Under the pieces are notes generated by a model, which had not been told where the DNA came from, ran no database searches, and was given only the letters and a program-made list of their open reading frames with translations. Positions 11,311 to 22,273 of a stretch of DNA of 64,000 nucleotides are shown here, piece by piece. Numbering within the stretch: position 1 is the first letter of the stretch; every line of letters begins with the position of its first letter. Both the position numbers and the translations under genes were made by a program. Source of the stretch: Thermomonas sp. (GTDB taxonomy: Bacteria > Pseudomonadota > Gammaproteobacteria > Xanthomonadales > Xanthomonadaceae); the NCBI GenBank assembly GCA_020692565.1, contig JAIMKJ010000012.1:26347-90346 (forward strand), in the 5' to 3' direction.

Positions 11311-14076
11311 TCAGTGCGCCTCGTCCCAGTGATCCCCCACCCCGGAATCGATCACCAGCGGCACCCGCAGGTCGGCCGCCGCCGCCATCCTCGCCGTGGC
11401 TTCGCGCACCAGTGTGTCGACGAAATCGCCGTCGCACTCGAACACGAGTTCATCGTGTACCTGCAGCAGCATCTTCGCCTTGTCGGCATGCCCGGCGATC
11501 CATTGATCGATGTCGATCATCGCCCGCTTGATGATGTCGGCAGCGGTGCCCTGCATCGGCGCGTTGATCGCGGCGCGCTCGGCGCCGGCGCGCAGGCCCT
11601 GGTTGCGGGCGTTGATGTTGTCCAGGTACAGGCGGCGGCCGAACACGGTCTCGACGTAGCCCCGCTCGTGCGCCTCCTTGCGGGTGCGCTCCATGAACTC
11701 GCGCACGCCGGGATAACGGTTGAAGTACAGCGCGATGTAGTCCTGGGCCTCGCCGCGGCCGATGTCGAGCTGTTTCGCCAGGCCGAAGGCGCTCATGCCG
11801 TACATCAGGCCGAAGTTGATGGCCTTGGCGGCGCGGCGCTCGTTGCCGCTCACGTCGTCCAGCGGTTTGCCGAACACTTCCGCCGCGGTGGCGCGGTGGA
11901 TGTCGGCACCGGCTGCGAAGGCGCGCAGCAGGCCGGCGTCTTCGGACAGGTGCGCCATGATCCGCAGTTCGATCTGCGAGTAGTCGCAGGCCACCAGCTT
12001 GCGGCCCGGCGGCGCGATGAACGCCTTGCGGATGCGGCGGCCGTCCTCGGTGCGGATCGGGATGTTCTGCAGGTTCGGATCGTTGGACGAGAGACGACCG
12101 GTGGCGGCACCGGCCTGGTGGTAGCTGGTGTGTACGCGGCCGGTGTCGGGATTCACCATGTCCGACAGCTTGTCGGTGTAGGTACTGCGCAGTTTCGCCA
12201 GGCCGCGGTATTCGAGGATGATCCGCGGCAGCTCGTGCTGGTCGGCGATGGCTTCCAGCGCTTCTTCGTTCGTCGACGGCTGGCCGGTCGGGGTTTTCAC
12301 CAGTGCCGGCAGCTTCAGTTCGTCGAACAGCAGCGCCTGCAGTTGTTTGGGCGAGTCGAGATTGAAGGTGCGCCCCGCCAGCTCGGTCGCCTTCTGCTGC
12401 GCGGCGAGCATCCGCCGCGCCAGATCCACGCTTTGCCGGCGCAGTTCGTCGGCGTCGATCAGGATGCCGTTGGCCTCCATCCGCGCCAGCACCTGCACCA
12501 GCGGGACCTCGATCTCGCGGTAGACCGTCTGCAGCGAAGGAATCTCCGCCAGCTTCGCCGACAGCACGCGATGCAGGCGCAGGGTGATGTCGGCATCCTC
12601 GGCGGCGTAGGTCGTGGCGTCGTCGATCGCGACTTCCGAAAACGGAATCTGCTTCGCGCCCTTGCCGGCCACCGCTTCGAACTTGATGGTGTCGTAGCCG
12701 AGGTAGCGCTTGGCCAGCGAATCCATGTCGTGGCGGGTCGCGCTGGAATTCCAGATGAAGCTTTCCAGCATGGTGTCGTCGGCGTAGCCGTCGATGGCCA
12801 CGCCGTGGCGGCGCAGTACGTGGATGTCGTATTTGCCGTGCTGGCCGAGCTTGCGGTGCTGCGCGCTTTCCAGCAGCGGGCGCAGCGCGTCGAGGGTTTC
12901 GCGCAGGTCGAGCTGCGCCGGCGCGCCGGGATAGGTGTGGCCGACCGGGATGTAGCAGCCGCTGCCGGGTTCGGCGGAAAAACTCAGGCCGACCAGATTC
13001 GCCCGCATCGCGTCCAGCGCGTCGGTCTCGGTGTCGAACGCGAATTCGGCGGCGGCGCCCAGCTTCGCGATCCACGCTTCAAGCTGTTCGCGGGTCTGCA
13101 CGGTCTCGTACGTGCCTTTGGCGGCCAGCGCGGGGTCCAGGGCCTCGTTTTCGGTCGTCGTGCTGCGTGCGTAGCCGGCGGGGGTGTTGCGCATCCCGGC
13201 CAGCTCGGCCGATGCGGTCGCGGTCGCGTCGCCGCCGCCGAGTTCCTTCAGCGCCTGGTTGAAGCCGTAGCGCGCGTACAGCACGCGCAGGTCGTCGACG
13301 TGCGGTTCGCGCAGCGCCAGCGTGGTCGGGCCGCCGTCGAGCGGGACATCGAGCCTGATCGTCGTCAGTTGCCGGTTCAGCGGCAGGCGCGGCAGTGCGG
13401 CGCGCAGGTTCTCGCCGATCTTGCCCTTGATCGCATCGGCGTTGGCGATGACGTTCTCCAGGGTGCCGTACTCGGCCAGCCATTTCGCAGCGGTCTTCGG
13501 CCCGCATTTCTCGACGCCGGGAATGTTGTCGACGCTGTCGCCCATCAGCGACAGCAGATCGATGATCTGGTCGGCGCGCACGCCGAACTTCGCCATCACC
13601 GACGCGTCGCTGTCGAGCCGGCTGCCGCTCATGGTGTTGACCAGCGCCAGGCCCGGGCGCACCAGCTGCGCGAAATCCTTGTCGCTGGTGGAGATGGTGA
13701 CCGTGAGGCCCTCGGCGGCGCCCTGCACCGCCAGCGTGCCGATCACATCGTCGGCTTCCACGCCCGGTATGCGCATGATCGGCAGGCCCAGCGCCGCGAC
13801 TATCTGCATCATCGGTTCGATCTGCGCGCGCAGTTCGTCGGGCATCGGCGGGCGATTGGCCTTGTACTGCGGGTCGAGGTCGTCGCGGAAGGTCGGCCCG
13901 GAGGCATCGACCACGAAGGCGATGTACTCGGGCTTTTCCTTGAGATGGGCGCGCAGCATGTTGACGATGCCGAACAGCGCGCCGGTGGGCTCGCCCTGGG
14001 CGTTGCTCAGCGGCGGCAGCGCGTGGAAGGCGCGGAACAGGTAGGAGGAACCGTCGATCAGTACGAGTCGTGTCAT
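11311..14076 (-). CDS. polA: DNA polymerase I
   Basis: LIDGSSYLFRAFHA 5'-exonuclease, FDTETD 3'-exonuclease, DYSQIELR, KAINFGLMYG, QVHDEL. Confidence 0.98.
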   Translation of the reverse strand: MTRLVLIDGSSYLFRAFHALPPLSNAQGEPTGALFGIVNMLRAHLKEKPEYIAFVVDASGPTFRDDLDPQYKANRPPMPDELRAQIEPMMQIVAALGLPIMRIPGVEADDVIGTLAVQGAAEGLTVTISTSDKDFAQLVRPGLALVNTMSGSRLDSDASVMAKFGVRADQIIDLLSLMGDSVDNIPGVEKCGPKTAAKWLAEYGTLENVIANADAIKGKIGENLRAALPRLPLNRQLTTIRLDVPLDGGPTTLALREPHVDDLRVLYARYGFNQALKELGGGDATATASAELAGMRNTPAGYARSTTTENEALDPALAAKGTYETVQTREQLEAWIAKLGAAAEFAFDTETDALDAMRANLVGLSFSAEPGSGCYIPVGHTYPGAPAQLDLRETLDALRPLLESAQHRKLGQHGKYDIHVLRRHGVAIDGYADDTMLESFIWNSSATRHDMDSLAKRYLGYDTIKFEAVAGKGAKQIPFSEVAIDDATTYAAEDADITLRLHRVLSAKLAEIPSLQTVYREIEVPLVQVLARMEANGILIDADELRRQSVDLARRMLAAQQKATELAGRTFNLDSPKQLQALLFDELKLPALVKTPTGQPSTNEEALEAIADQHELPRIILEYRGLAKLRSTYTDKLSDMVNPDTGRVHTSYHQAGAATGRLSSNDPNLQNIPIRTEDGRRIRKAFIAPPGRKLVACDYSQIELRIMAHLSEDAGLLRAFAAGADIHRATAAEVFGKPLDDVSGNERRAAKAINFGLMYGMSAFGLAKQLDIGRGEAQDYIALYFNRYPGVREFMERTRKEAHERGYVETVFGRRLYLDNINARNQGLRAGAERAAINAPMQGTAADIIKRAMIDIDQWIAGHADKAKMLLQVHDELVFECDGDFVDTLVREATARMAAAADLRVPLVIDSGVGDHWDEAH

Positions 14077-14182
14077 GCGCGGATTCTACTCCCGCCCCCC
14101 GGGCGGTCGAACCGCCATCGGCGGCACGGATGGTTCACGCCCCGGGGCGCATAATCGGCACTCCCGCCCGCTGGAAACCGCC

Positions 14183-14482
14183 ATGCGCCGTTCGACCCTG
14201 CTCGTACTGCCCCTGCTGCTTGCCCTCGGCGGTTGCGCCACCACCGGCGGCGGCGCCGATGCTGGTGCCAACGCCGAAATCCCCGCCGATGCGGTCGCCG
14301 CGACCAAAGTCCAGCCCAACGGCGACGAGATCACCGAATACCGGGTCGCCGGCCAGCTCCGCGTCGTGAAGGTCCAGCCGAAGCGCGGCCCGGCGTTCTA
14401 CCTCTACGACCGCAACGGCGACGGTCGCCTCGACGAGGACAAGGACGTGTCGCCGGTGTACTTCAAACTGTTCGAGTGGTGA
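14183..14482 (+). CDS. DUF2782 family lipoprotein
   Basis: Lipobox LGGC; ITEYRVAGQLRVVKVQPKRGPAFYL; divergent from polA. Confidence 0.8.
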   Translation: MRRSTLLVLPLLLALGGCATTGGGADAGANAEIPADAVAATKVQPNGDEITEYRVAGQLRVVKVQPKRGPAFYLYDRNGDGRLDEDKDVSPVYFKLFEW

Positions 14483-14550
14483 ACGGCTTGCGCTGAAGCC
14501 CGGTCCCGGTTCTGATGCCGAACGACGAAGACGGTTCGCAGGGGTTTCGG

Positions 14551-15543
14551 ATGAAAAATGGATGGCTGTTGGCGGCGCTGCTGGTGTCGCCGTCGGTGTT
14601 GGCGTGCATCAATACGGTCGGGACCGATCGCAGTGGGCATCGTTTCATGCCCGGCTGGTATGCCGGCGATGCCTTGGTGGAACATCTGACTTGGACTGGC
14701 AATACGCATTACCGCCAATTTCTGGACGAGGACTCGCTGCGGCTGGCGAAAGCAGTACGCATCGAGCCCGATTTCAGGAACCACAACGACCTCGGCGTGA
14801 ATCTCATCCGTCAGGGGCGCATGGTCGAGGCGATCCGATTGTTCGTCGCCATCGAGAAACGATTTCCGGCGCGCCCGGAAACTGCCGCCAATCTCGGCAC
14901 CGCGCTGGAACTCCTCGGGTCGAACGAGATCGCGCTGCGGTGGATCCGCATCGGTATCCAGCGCAATGCAGCCGAGCACGAAGGCACGGAATGGCTGCAT
15001 GCCCGGATTCTCGAAGCGAAAATCGCGCTCAAGCACGATCCGCGATATCTGGATAACCGGTCCGTCGCGGGTGTGCGTTTCGACGGTGCGGTGCTGCCCG
15101 GGCTGCCGAAGGCATATCCGCCCGGCAATGACGGTCGTCCGGTCAGCGCTCACGCATTGAATATGGCGCTGAGCTACCAGCTGCATGAACGCATGATGTT
15201 CGTGAAGCCCAAGGATGCGATCGTCGCGAATCTGCTCACGGACTGGGCGACGCTGAATCTTGCTGGCGGGCCGGTGGAGAGCGCGGAAGCGTTGTATCCA
15301 TTGGCCGAACGCTACGGCGCCCCGCGCACGCCATTGGTGACCGCGAGGTTGGCGGAGATCCGCAGAATCCTCGCTTCCGCCAAGCGTCGTCCCGATGGTC
15401 CGCTCGGCCGTTGCCTGATCTGCGAGCCCATCGCGGAGCCGCCTCCCCCGCCACCGGAGCCTGATTCGCCATCGCGGCGCCCCGGCGAGCCGCTGCCTCC
15501 TCCGCCACCGCCTCCCCCGCCACCACGGCAATATCGTCAGTAA
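14551..15543 (+). CDS. Exported TPR-like protein with poly-proline C-terminus
   Basis: Signal peptide MKNGWLLAALLVSPSVLA; TPR-like helices (HNDLGVNLIRQG, AANLGTALELLG); PPPPP tail. Confidence 0.65.
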   Translation: MKNGWLLAALLVSPSVLACINTVGTDRSGHRFMPGWYAGDALVEHLTWTGNTHYRQFLDEDSLRLAKAVRIEPDFRNHNDLGVNLIRQGRMVEAIRLFVAIEKRFPARPETAANLGTALELLGSNEIALRWIRIGIQRNAAEHEGTEWLHARILEAKIALKHDPRYLDNRSVAGVRFDGAVLPGLPKAYPPGNDGRPVSAHALNMALSYQLHERMMFVKPKDAIVANLLTDWATLNLAGGPVESAEALYPLAERYGAPRTPLVTARLAEIRRILASAKRRPDGPLGRCLICEPIAEPPPPPPEPDSPSRRPGEPLPPPPPPPPPPRQYRQ

Positions 15544-15558
15544 CGCAGCGCGCCCTCC

Positions 15559-16290
15559 TCACGCCACCCGCGCGCACACCCAGGCATCCACCCGCCCTAC
15601 GCCCGCACGCAGCAGCGCGTCGGCAGCGGCGTGGAGGGTCGCGCCGGTGGTCATCACGTCGTCGACCAGCGCGACGTGCGCCGGCAGCGCGAGCCCCGGT
15701 CGCACCGCGAACGCGCGGCGCAGGTTGCGACGCCGGGCGGGGGCATCCAGTCGCGACTGCGGGGCGGTCTGGCGTACCCGCAGCAGCGCGTCGCCCCGCA
15801 GCGGCAGGCGCAATGCGTCGGCCAGCGGTCTGGCCAGTTCGAGCGCCTGATCGAAACCGCGGTCGCGCAGGCGGCCGGCGTGCAGCGGCAACGGGATCAG
15901 GGCGTCCGGCCGTTCGGCGTCGGCGAGGGCGGTGGCCATGAGCTCGCCGCAGAGCCGGCCGGCGGCGAGGTCGTTGTGGAACTTCAGTCGCGGCAGCAGC
16001 CGGTCCAGCGGGGTTTCGTAGCGGAACACCGCGCGGGTTTCGGTCAGCGGCGGCGGCCGGCGCTGGCAGTGGCCGCAGGCATCGGCCGGCAGCGGCAGCG
16101 GCAGGCCGCAGCGTAGGCAGGCGCTGCGGTTCCAGGGCAGGCTCCGGCCGCAGGCCGGGCACAGGGCCTGGCGGTCCGGTCCGCCGGCTTCGCCGCAGAC
16201 CAGACAATGCGCCGGCCACAGCCTGTCCAGCAGCCGGGTGAGACTTGGGCGGAGGCGTCGACGATAGACAAGGTTGACAGCGCTGTTCAT
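15559..16290 (-). CDS. comF: ComF family phosphoribosyltransferase-like protein
   Basis: Double zinc ribbon (CLVC, CPAC, CLRC, CGHC), [17 protein letters not shown]. Confidence 0.9.
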   Translation of the reverse strand: MNSAVNLVYRRRLRPSLTRLLDRLWPAHCLVCGEAGGPDRQALCPACGRSLPWNRSACLRCGLPLPLPADACGHCQRRPPPLTETRAVFRYETPLDRLLPRLKFHNDLAAGRLCGELMATALADAERPDALIPLPLHAGRLRDRGFDQALELARPLADALRLPLRGDALLRVRQTAPQSRLDAPARRRNLRRAFAVRPGLALPAHVALVDDVMTTGATLHAAADALLRAGVGRVDAWVCARVA

Positions 16291-16339
16291 GCTTTCCAGA
16301 CTGCCTGTCCCGCTGCGCCGTGTCCGTCAGGAAACCCCG

Positions 16340-17428
16340 ATGCCTGCTGTCAGTCTTCCCGCACCCCCGCGCCACGATTGGAGCCGTACCGAGGTCGAGG
16401 CGCTGTTCGCGCTGCCGTTTCCGGTCCTGCTGCAGCGTGCGGGCGAAGTGCACCGGGACCATTTCGACCCCAGCGAGGTCCAGGTCAGCACCCTGCTGTC
16501 GGTGAAGACCGGCGGCTGCCCCGAGGACTGCGCCTATTGCCCGCAGGCCCAGCGTTACCACACCGGCGTCGAAGCCACCAAGCTGATGGACACCGATGCG
16601 GTGGTGGAGAAGGCGAAACAGGCCAAGGCCGCGGGCGCTTCGCGCTTCTGCATGGGCGCCGCGTGGCGCTCGCCGAAGGACCGCGATATCCCGAAGGTCG
16701 CCGCGATGATCAGCGAAGTGAAGGCGCTGGGGCTGGAAACCTGCGCCACGCTGGGCATGCTCAGCGGCGAACAGGCCACGGCATTGAAGGCCGCCGGTCT
16801 GGATTACTACAACCATAATCTGGACACCGCGCCGGAGTTCTACGGCGACATCATCCAGACCCGTGAACTGCAGGATCGCCTCGACACCCTCAGCCACGTG
16901 CGCGACGCCGGCATGAAGACCTGCTGCGGCGGTATCGTCGGCATGGGCGAGAGCCGCCGCCAGCGCGCCGGCCTGCTGCAGATGCTGGCGAACCTGCCGG
17001 CGCATCCGGATTCGGTGCCGATCAATCGGCTGGTGCAGGTGGAAGGCACCCCGCTGCACGGCACGACCGAACTGGACCCGTTCGAATTCGTCCGCACCAT
17101 TGCCGCGGCGCGGATCATGATGCCGAAATCGATGGTGCGGCTGTCCGCCGGCCGCGAAACGATGAGCGACGAGCTGCAGGCGCTATGCTTCCTCGCCGGC
17201 GCCAATTCGATCTTCTACGGCGAAAAGCTGTTGACCACGGGCAATCCCGACACCGAGCGCGACCTCGCGCTGTTCGAACGCCTCGGCCTGACGCCGATGG
17301 CGCTGGTGGAAACCGCCGGCACCGTGCATGCCGACATTCTCGATAACAGCAGCCTCGACACTCATCCTCCCGATACCACTGCCGCCGATGCCGGCGAGAC
17401 TTCACCTCCCTGCTTCCAAGCAGCCTGA
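16340..17428 (+). CDS. bioB: Biotin synthase
   Basis: [10 protein letters not shown] radical-SAM motif, [35 protein letters not shown]. Confidence 0.97.
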   Translation: MPAVSLPAPPRHDWSRTEVEALFALPFPVLLQRAGEVHRDHFDPSEVQVSTLLSVKTGGCPEDCAYCPQAQRYHTGVEATKLMDTDAVVEKAKQAKAAGASRFCMGAAWRSPKDRDIPKVAAMISEVKALGLETCATLGMLSGEQATALKAAGLDYYNHNLDTAPEFYGDIIQTRELQDRLDTLSHVRDAGMKTCCGGIVGMGESRRQRAGLLQMLANLPAHPDSVPINRLVQVEGTPLHGTTELDPFEFVRTIAAARIMMPKSMVRLSAGRETMSDELQALCFLAGANSIFYGEKLLTTGNPDTERDLALFERLGLTPMALVETAGTVHADILDNSSLDTHPPDTTAADAGETSPPCFQAA

Positions 17429-17455
17429 CCGCGCCGCCCGACCGAGCTGTCCGCC

Positions 17456-18657
<1,202 letters not shown>

Positions 18658-18661
<4 letters not shown>

Positions 18662-19077
18662 GGCCGGCCACGGCCCCTGTGGGAGCGGCGGAAGTCGCGA
18701 CTGACGACGACGCGCGCATCCCGGTCTGGAACGCGCTGTCGGATCTCTATCTCGATACCGATGTCGCGCTGTCGCATGCATACATCGTGCGCACGCTCGC
18801 GGCATCGCCGTATTCGCTGGATGAACTGCACGAGATGCTGATGTACGACGTGCATCCGGCGCTGTACCCGAATCTGATGAGCGTGGCCGGCGAATGGGCG
18901 GGCTTCGACGACGCCTGGCTGCTCGAACGCATCGCAACGATCCGCCGCCAGCCGCGCTGGCGTCGCCGCATCACCCACGGGTTCGCGCGCGACATCGGCG
19001 CGCAGTGGCGCACGCTCGAACCGATGATCCGCGCCGCGCGAAGCGCTGCACTGCCGGCATCCGCGCCGCAACCATGA
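18658..19077 (+). CDS. Hypothetical protein (DUF7079-like) inside the bio operon
   Basis: [15 protein letters not shown]...[17 protein letters not shown]; ATGA overlaps at both ends. Confidence 0.7.
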
Positions 19078-19883
19078 GCGAACGTCTGCACATGACCGTC
19101 AGCGGCGACGGCCCGCCGCTGGTGCTGCTGCACGGCTGGGCGATGCACGGCGGCGTGTTCGCCGCGCTGGTCGAGCGCCTGCGCGATCGACACACCTTGC
19201 ATGTGATCGACCTGCCCGGCCACGGCGGGAGTCGCGACGACATCACGCCGCTGGCCTTCGATGCGGTCTGCGACGCCATCCACGCGCAGACGCCGCCTGC
19301 ACCCTGGCTCGGCTGGTCGCTGGGCGGCATGTTCGCGCTGCATGCGGCGGTACGCGATCCCGCGCGGGTGCCGGCGCTGATCGCGCTGTGCAGCAGCCCG
19401 TGTTTCGTCCGCGGCGACGACTGGCGTTACGGCGTGTCGGCGGAGATCTTCCGCGATTTCGCCAAGGGCCTGAGCGACGACTATCGCGCCACGCTCGACC
19501 GCTTCGTCGCGCTGGAAGCCTTCGGCTCCGATCACGCGAAAGAAGAGATGCGCGAGCTGCGCGCCGAACTGTTCGCGCGCGGCGAGCCCGCGGCGCGCGT
19601 GCTCGTCGACGGCCTGCGCATTCTCGAAACCGTCGATCAGCGTCCGTTGCTGTCGCAACTGCGCGTGCCGAGTCTGTGGATCGCCGGCCGCCGCGACCGT
19701 CTGGTCGACCCGCGCGCGATGCGCGAAGCGGCCGCGATGATCGAACAGGCCGGACACGCGCCCGCGACCTTCGCGCAGATCGACCATGCCGGGCACGCGC
19801 CGTTCCTCACGCATGTCGATGAAGTCGTCGCGCACGTGTCCGCATTCCTGTCCGGCGTCTCGACAAGTCGCGCATCGCAATGA
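19074..19883 (+). CDS. bioH: Pimeloyl-ACP methyl ester esterase
   Basis: LHGWAMH, GWSLGG nucleophile, HAPFLTH; bio operon context. Confidence 0.93.
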   Translation: MSERLHMTVSGDGPPLVLLHGWAMHGGVFAALVERLRDRHTLHVIDLPGHGGSRDDITPLAFDAVCDAIHAQTPPAPWLGWSLGGMFALHAAVRDPARVPALIALCSSPCFVRGDDWRYGVSAEIFRDFAKGLSDDYRATLDRFVALEAFGSDHAKEEMRELRAELFARGEPAARVLVDGLRILETVDQRPLLSQLRVPSLWIAGRRDRLVDPRAMREAAAMIEQAGHAPATFAQIDHAGHAPFLTHVDEVVAHVSAFLSGVSTSRASQ

Positions 19884-20818
19884 CCGCACTGTTCGACCCG
19901 CGCCAGGTCCGTCGCGCCTTCTCGCGCGCGTCCGCCAGTTACGCTGATGCCGCGAAACTGCAGCGCGAAGTCGAATCGTGGCTGCTCGAATCGCTCGATT
20001 ACTACGCGGAAAACCGCGACGGCGATGCGCAGACACCGGCGCTCGTCGTCGATGTGGGCTGCGGCCCAGGCCACGCCTCGCGCGCATTGCAGCAGCGCTG
20101 GCCGAAAGCACAGGTGCTCGCGCTGGATCTCGCGCTGCCGATGCTGCGCCAGCACGATGTCGACACCTCGGCCTTCGCGCGCGCGCTGCCTGGCGCGTTC
20201 TCGCGTCTGCTCGCACGGACGCCGGCGCGCATCTGCGCCGACGCGCGCGCGCTGCCGCTCGCCGACCACAGCGTGGATCTGCTGTTCTCGAATCTCTGCC
20301 TGCAATGGATCGAAGATTTGCCGGCGGTGTTTGCCGGCTTCCGCCGCGTGCTCAAGCCCGGCGGCATGCTGGTGGTCTCCACCTTCGGCCCCGACACGCT
20401 GTACGAACTGCGCGGCGCCTTCGCCCAGGCCGATGCCGTGCCGCACGTCAGCCCGTTCGCGTCGATCGCGCAGTTCGGCGACGCGCTCATCGCCAGCGGC
20501 TTCCGCAACCCGGTGCTCGATCGCGACGAACTCACCACCCGCTACGCCGACCTGCCCGCACTGATGCGCGAACTCCGCGCCATCGGCGCCACCAACGCGC
20601 TGCACGCGCGTCGGCACACGCTCACCGGCAAGGCCCGCTTCGCTGCCGCTGCGAATGCCTACGAAACGTTCCGCGACAATGATCGACTGCCCGCGACGTG
20701 GGAAATCATCTCCGCGCTGGCGTGGGCGCCGGATCATGGCGTGCCGATCCGGGAAAGCGGGGAGGATGTGGCGAGGTTCCCGGCGAGTGGGATTCCGGTG
20801 AGGCGCAGGGTTGAGTAA
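19880..20818 (+). CDS. bioC: Malonyl-ACP O-methyltransferase
   Basis: RRAFSRA, DVGCGPG SAM motif, FSNLCLQW, FSTFGPDTLYEL-like segment. Confidence 0.93.
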   Translation: MTALFDPRQVRRAFSRASASYADAAKLQREVESWLLESLDYYAENRDGDAQTPALVVDVGCGPGHASRALQQRWPKAQVLALDLALPMLRQHDVDTSAFARALPGAFSRLLARTPARICADARALPLADHSVDLLFSNLCLQWIEDLPAVFAGFRRVLKPGGMLVVSTFGPDTLYELRGAFAQADAVPHVSPFASIAQFGDALIASGFRNPVLDRDELTTRYADLPALMRELRAIGATNALHARRHTLTGKARFAAAANAYETFRDNDRLPATWEIISALAWAPDHGVPIRESGEDVARFPASGIPVRRRVE

Positions 20819-20850
20819 ACGAGGCAGACTGCGCTTATCGTCGTCAGCCA

Positions 20851-20904
20851 TTGACGAGTCTTCGTTGACACCGTTGAATGTCTCGAATCAATATCCGGTA
20901 TCGC
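20851..20904 (+). promoter_or_regulatory. Promoter-like module, copy 1 (upstream of the cassette array)
   Basis: TTGACA at 20865 and CAATAT at 20889; near-identical copy at 22728-22781. Confidence 0.55.
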
Positions 20905-20937
20905 CCCTCGCATGGGGTCGAATAGGCGTTACGGCCC

Positions 20938-21252
20938 ATGAAAATTGTTGCAACAGCTGTAGTATTTTTACTCTTCGCTGGCTGCACTGGCACATATGAA
21001 ACTATGCCATTGCCTGAAGCAGGTACGGATTACTACACAGCCAGAGAGAAACTTATCGCTGCGGGTTGGCAACCTGCCCCAGCCAGATGCTCTGAACGCA
21101 ACATCTGTTTTAGTGATCTCCCTGAACTCGCCACCAATCTAGATACTGCATCTACATGTGGCATGTTCTTAAAGAGAAGTTCTTCTATTCGCGTGTGTGG
21201 CCAAGCAATACCAGACGGAATGCTCGTAAAGAATGCTCAGACTGGGCCCTAA
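20938..21252 (+). CDS. Cassette 1: hypothetical lipoprotein (104 aa)
   Basis: Lipobox FAGC; AREKLIAAGWQP motif; several Cys; TAA stop lies within attC1. Confidence 0.75.
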   Translation: MKIVATAVVFLLFAGCTGTYETMPLPEAGTDYYTAREKLIAAGWQPAPARCSERNICFSDLPELATNLDTASTCGMFLKRSSSIRVCGQAIPDGMLVKNAQTGP

Positions 21253-21358
21253 CAATTCGTTCAAGCCGACCCCATGTCGTGGCGTCGGTCATGTGCATAA
21301 GCTACGCTAGCACGCGTCCGCCGCCCCGCTGCGGGTCGGTTTAACTCAGGCGTTAGGC
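21247..21358 (+). repeat. attC site 1
   Basis: CCCTAAC...GTTCAAGCCGACCC...GGGTCGGTTTAAC...GTTAGGC; unpaired extra base in L''. Confidence 0.88.
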
Positions 21359-21362
21359 CCAC

Positions 21363-21800
21363 ATGGCAGAGCACATCATCCTTCCAACCGCTCGCACCAG
21401 GACCGCTGCGCTACTGAAGCTTGGCGCGTCAATTGCAGTTGTCGCCGGGCTGGTGTTGGCCGCTCGTCTGTATTCCACCCATCTCGCACCGCTTCCCACG
21501 TGCGCTCAGCTACCGTGGATTCGGTTGGTCGCTATCGTAGGCGCATTAGGGTTGCTCTCCCTCGCCGTTCTGTTCTACCGCAGCGGACTGAAAGTCTGGC
21601 GCTCTGGCCAGTTCCCCGCACCAGGCACGCCAGTCATCTTTGCTACCAAGGTTTCTACTGGCTGGTGGGCTCGCGCCAATGCAGTTACATTGCTCTTGCT
21701 CGCTGCCCTCTCGGCAGCAGGCTTTGCCCTCTGGTCTCAGTTCTTCGTCTTCTCGCAATTTGGGGCATATATTCTTGGGTTTCGCAGCTGTGGGGCCTGA
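21363..21800 (+). CDS. Cassette 2: hypothetical membrane protein (145 aa)
   Basis: Three hydrophobic segments; GQFPAPGT motif; TGA stop within attC2. Confidence 0.75.
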   Translation: MAEHIILPTARTRTAALLKLGASIAVVAGLVLAARLYSTHLAPLPTCAQLPWIRLVAIVGALGLLSLAVLFYRSGLKVWRSGQFPAPGTPVIFATKVSTGWWARANAVTLLLLAALSAAGFALWSQFFVFSQFGAYILGFRSCGA

Positions 21801-21854
21801 CAATTCATTCAAGCCGAAGCCGTTTCGCGGCGCGGCTTGATTCAGGCGTTAAGT
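21795..21854 (+). repeat. attC site 2 (60 bp)
   Basis: GCCTGAC...TTCAAGCCG...CGGCTTGA...GTTAAGT. Confidence 0.88.
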
Positions 21855-21897
21855 GCCTTTGTTACACTGCCAATATTCCTCAAACAGGAAACTTGCC

Positions 21898-22113
21898 ATG
21901 CCGACTGATAAAGCGAAGACAAACAGCAGCACTGGCGTTGGTATCGCTGTTGGTGTCGCCATTGGCGTAGCGCTCGGCGCAGCCTTTGATCAGCTTGCTC
22001 TGGGCATTGCCATCGGTACGGCATTCGGCGCTTCGATCGATGTCTTCTCTCACGTAAAGCGCAAGAAGAACATCAGCGCTGACTCTGAAATAGACTCAGA
22101 CGGTAAGAGGTAG
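21898..22113 (+). CDS. Cassette 3: small glycine-zipper membrane protein (71 aa)
   Basis: AGGA RBS; GVGIAVGVAIGVALGAA...LGIAIGTAFG GxxxG repeats. Confidence 0.75.
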   Translation: MPTDKAKTNSSTGVGIAVGVAIGVALGAAFDQLALGIAIGTAFGASIDVFSHVKRKKNISADSEIDSDGKR

Positions 22114-22132
22114 GGCACACTTCTTGGCCGGC

Positions 22133-22253
22133 GCCGAATACTATCGTTCAAGCCGCCCCCGTGTCGTAGCGCCGGTCACGTGCCTTCGCTACGCTGGCAC
22201 ATGCCTGTCATGTCCGACGCCCTCCGCAGGGCCACTCAACTCAGGCGCCAGGT
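22133..22253 (+). repeat. Decayed attC site 3
   Basis: GTTCAAGCCG and AACTCAGGC retained and interior resembles attC1, but core boxes are mutated (GCCGAAT, GCCAGGT). Confidence 0.7.
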
Positions 22254-22273
22254 CTCACGGATGAAATTACCGA

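Noticed and set aside
13140-13260. Insertion-like segment in polA
   Set aside because: Short Ala/Gly/Thr-rich interdomain linker with no intein motifs
16248-16279. BirA operator upstream of bioB
   Set aside because: Only one half-site (GGTTGACA, 16272-16279) is visible, with no matching TGTMAACC 14-16 bp upstream
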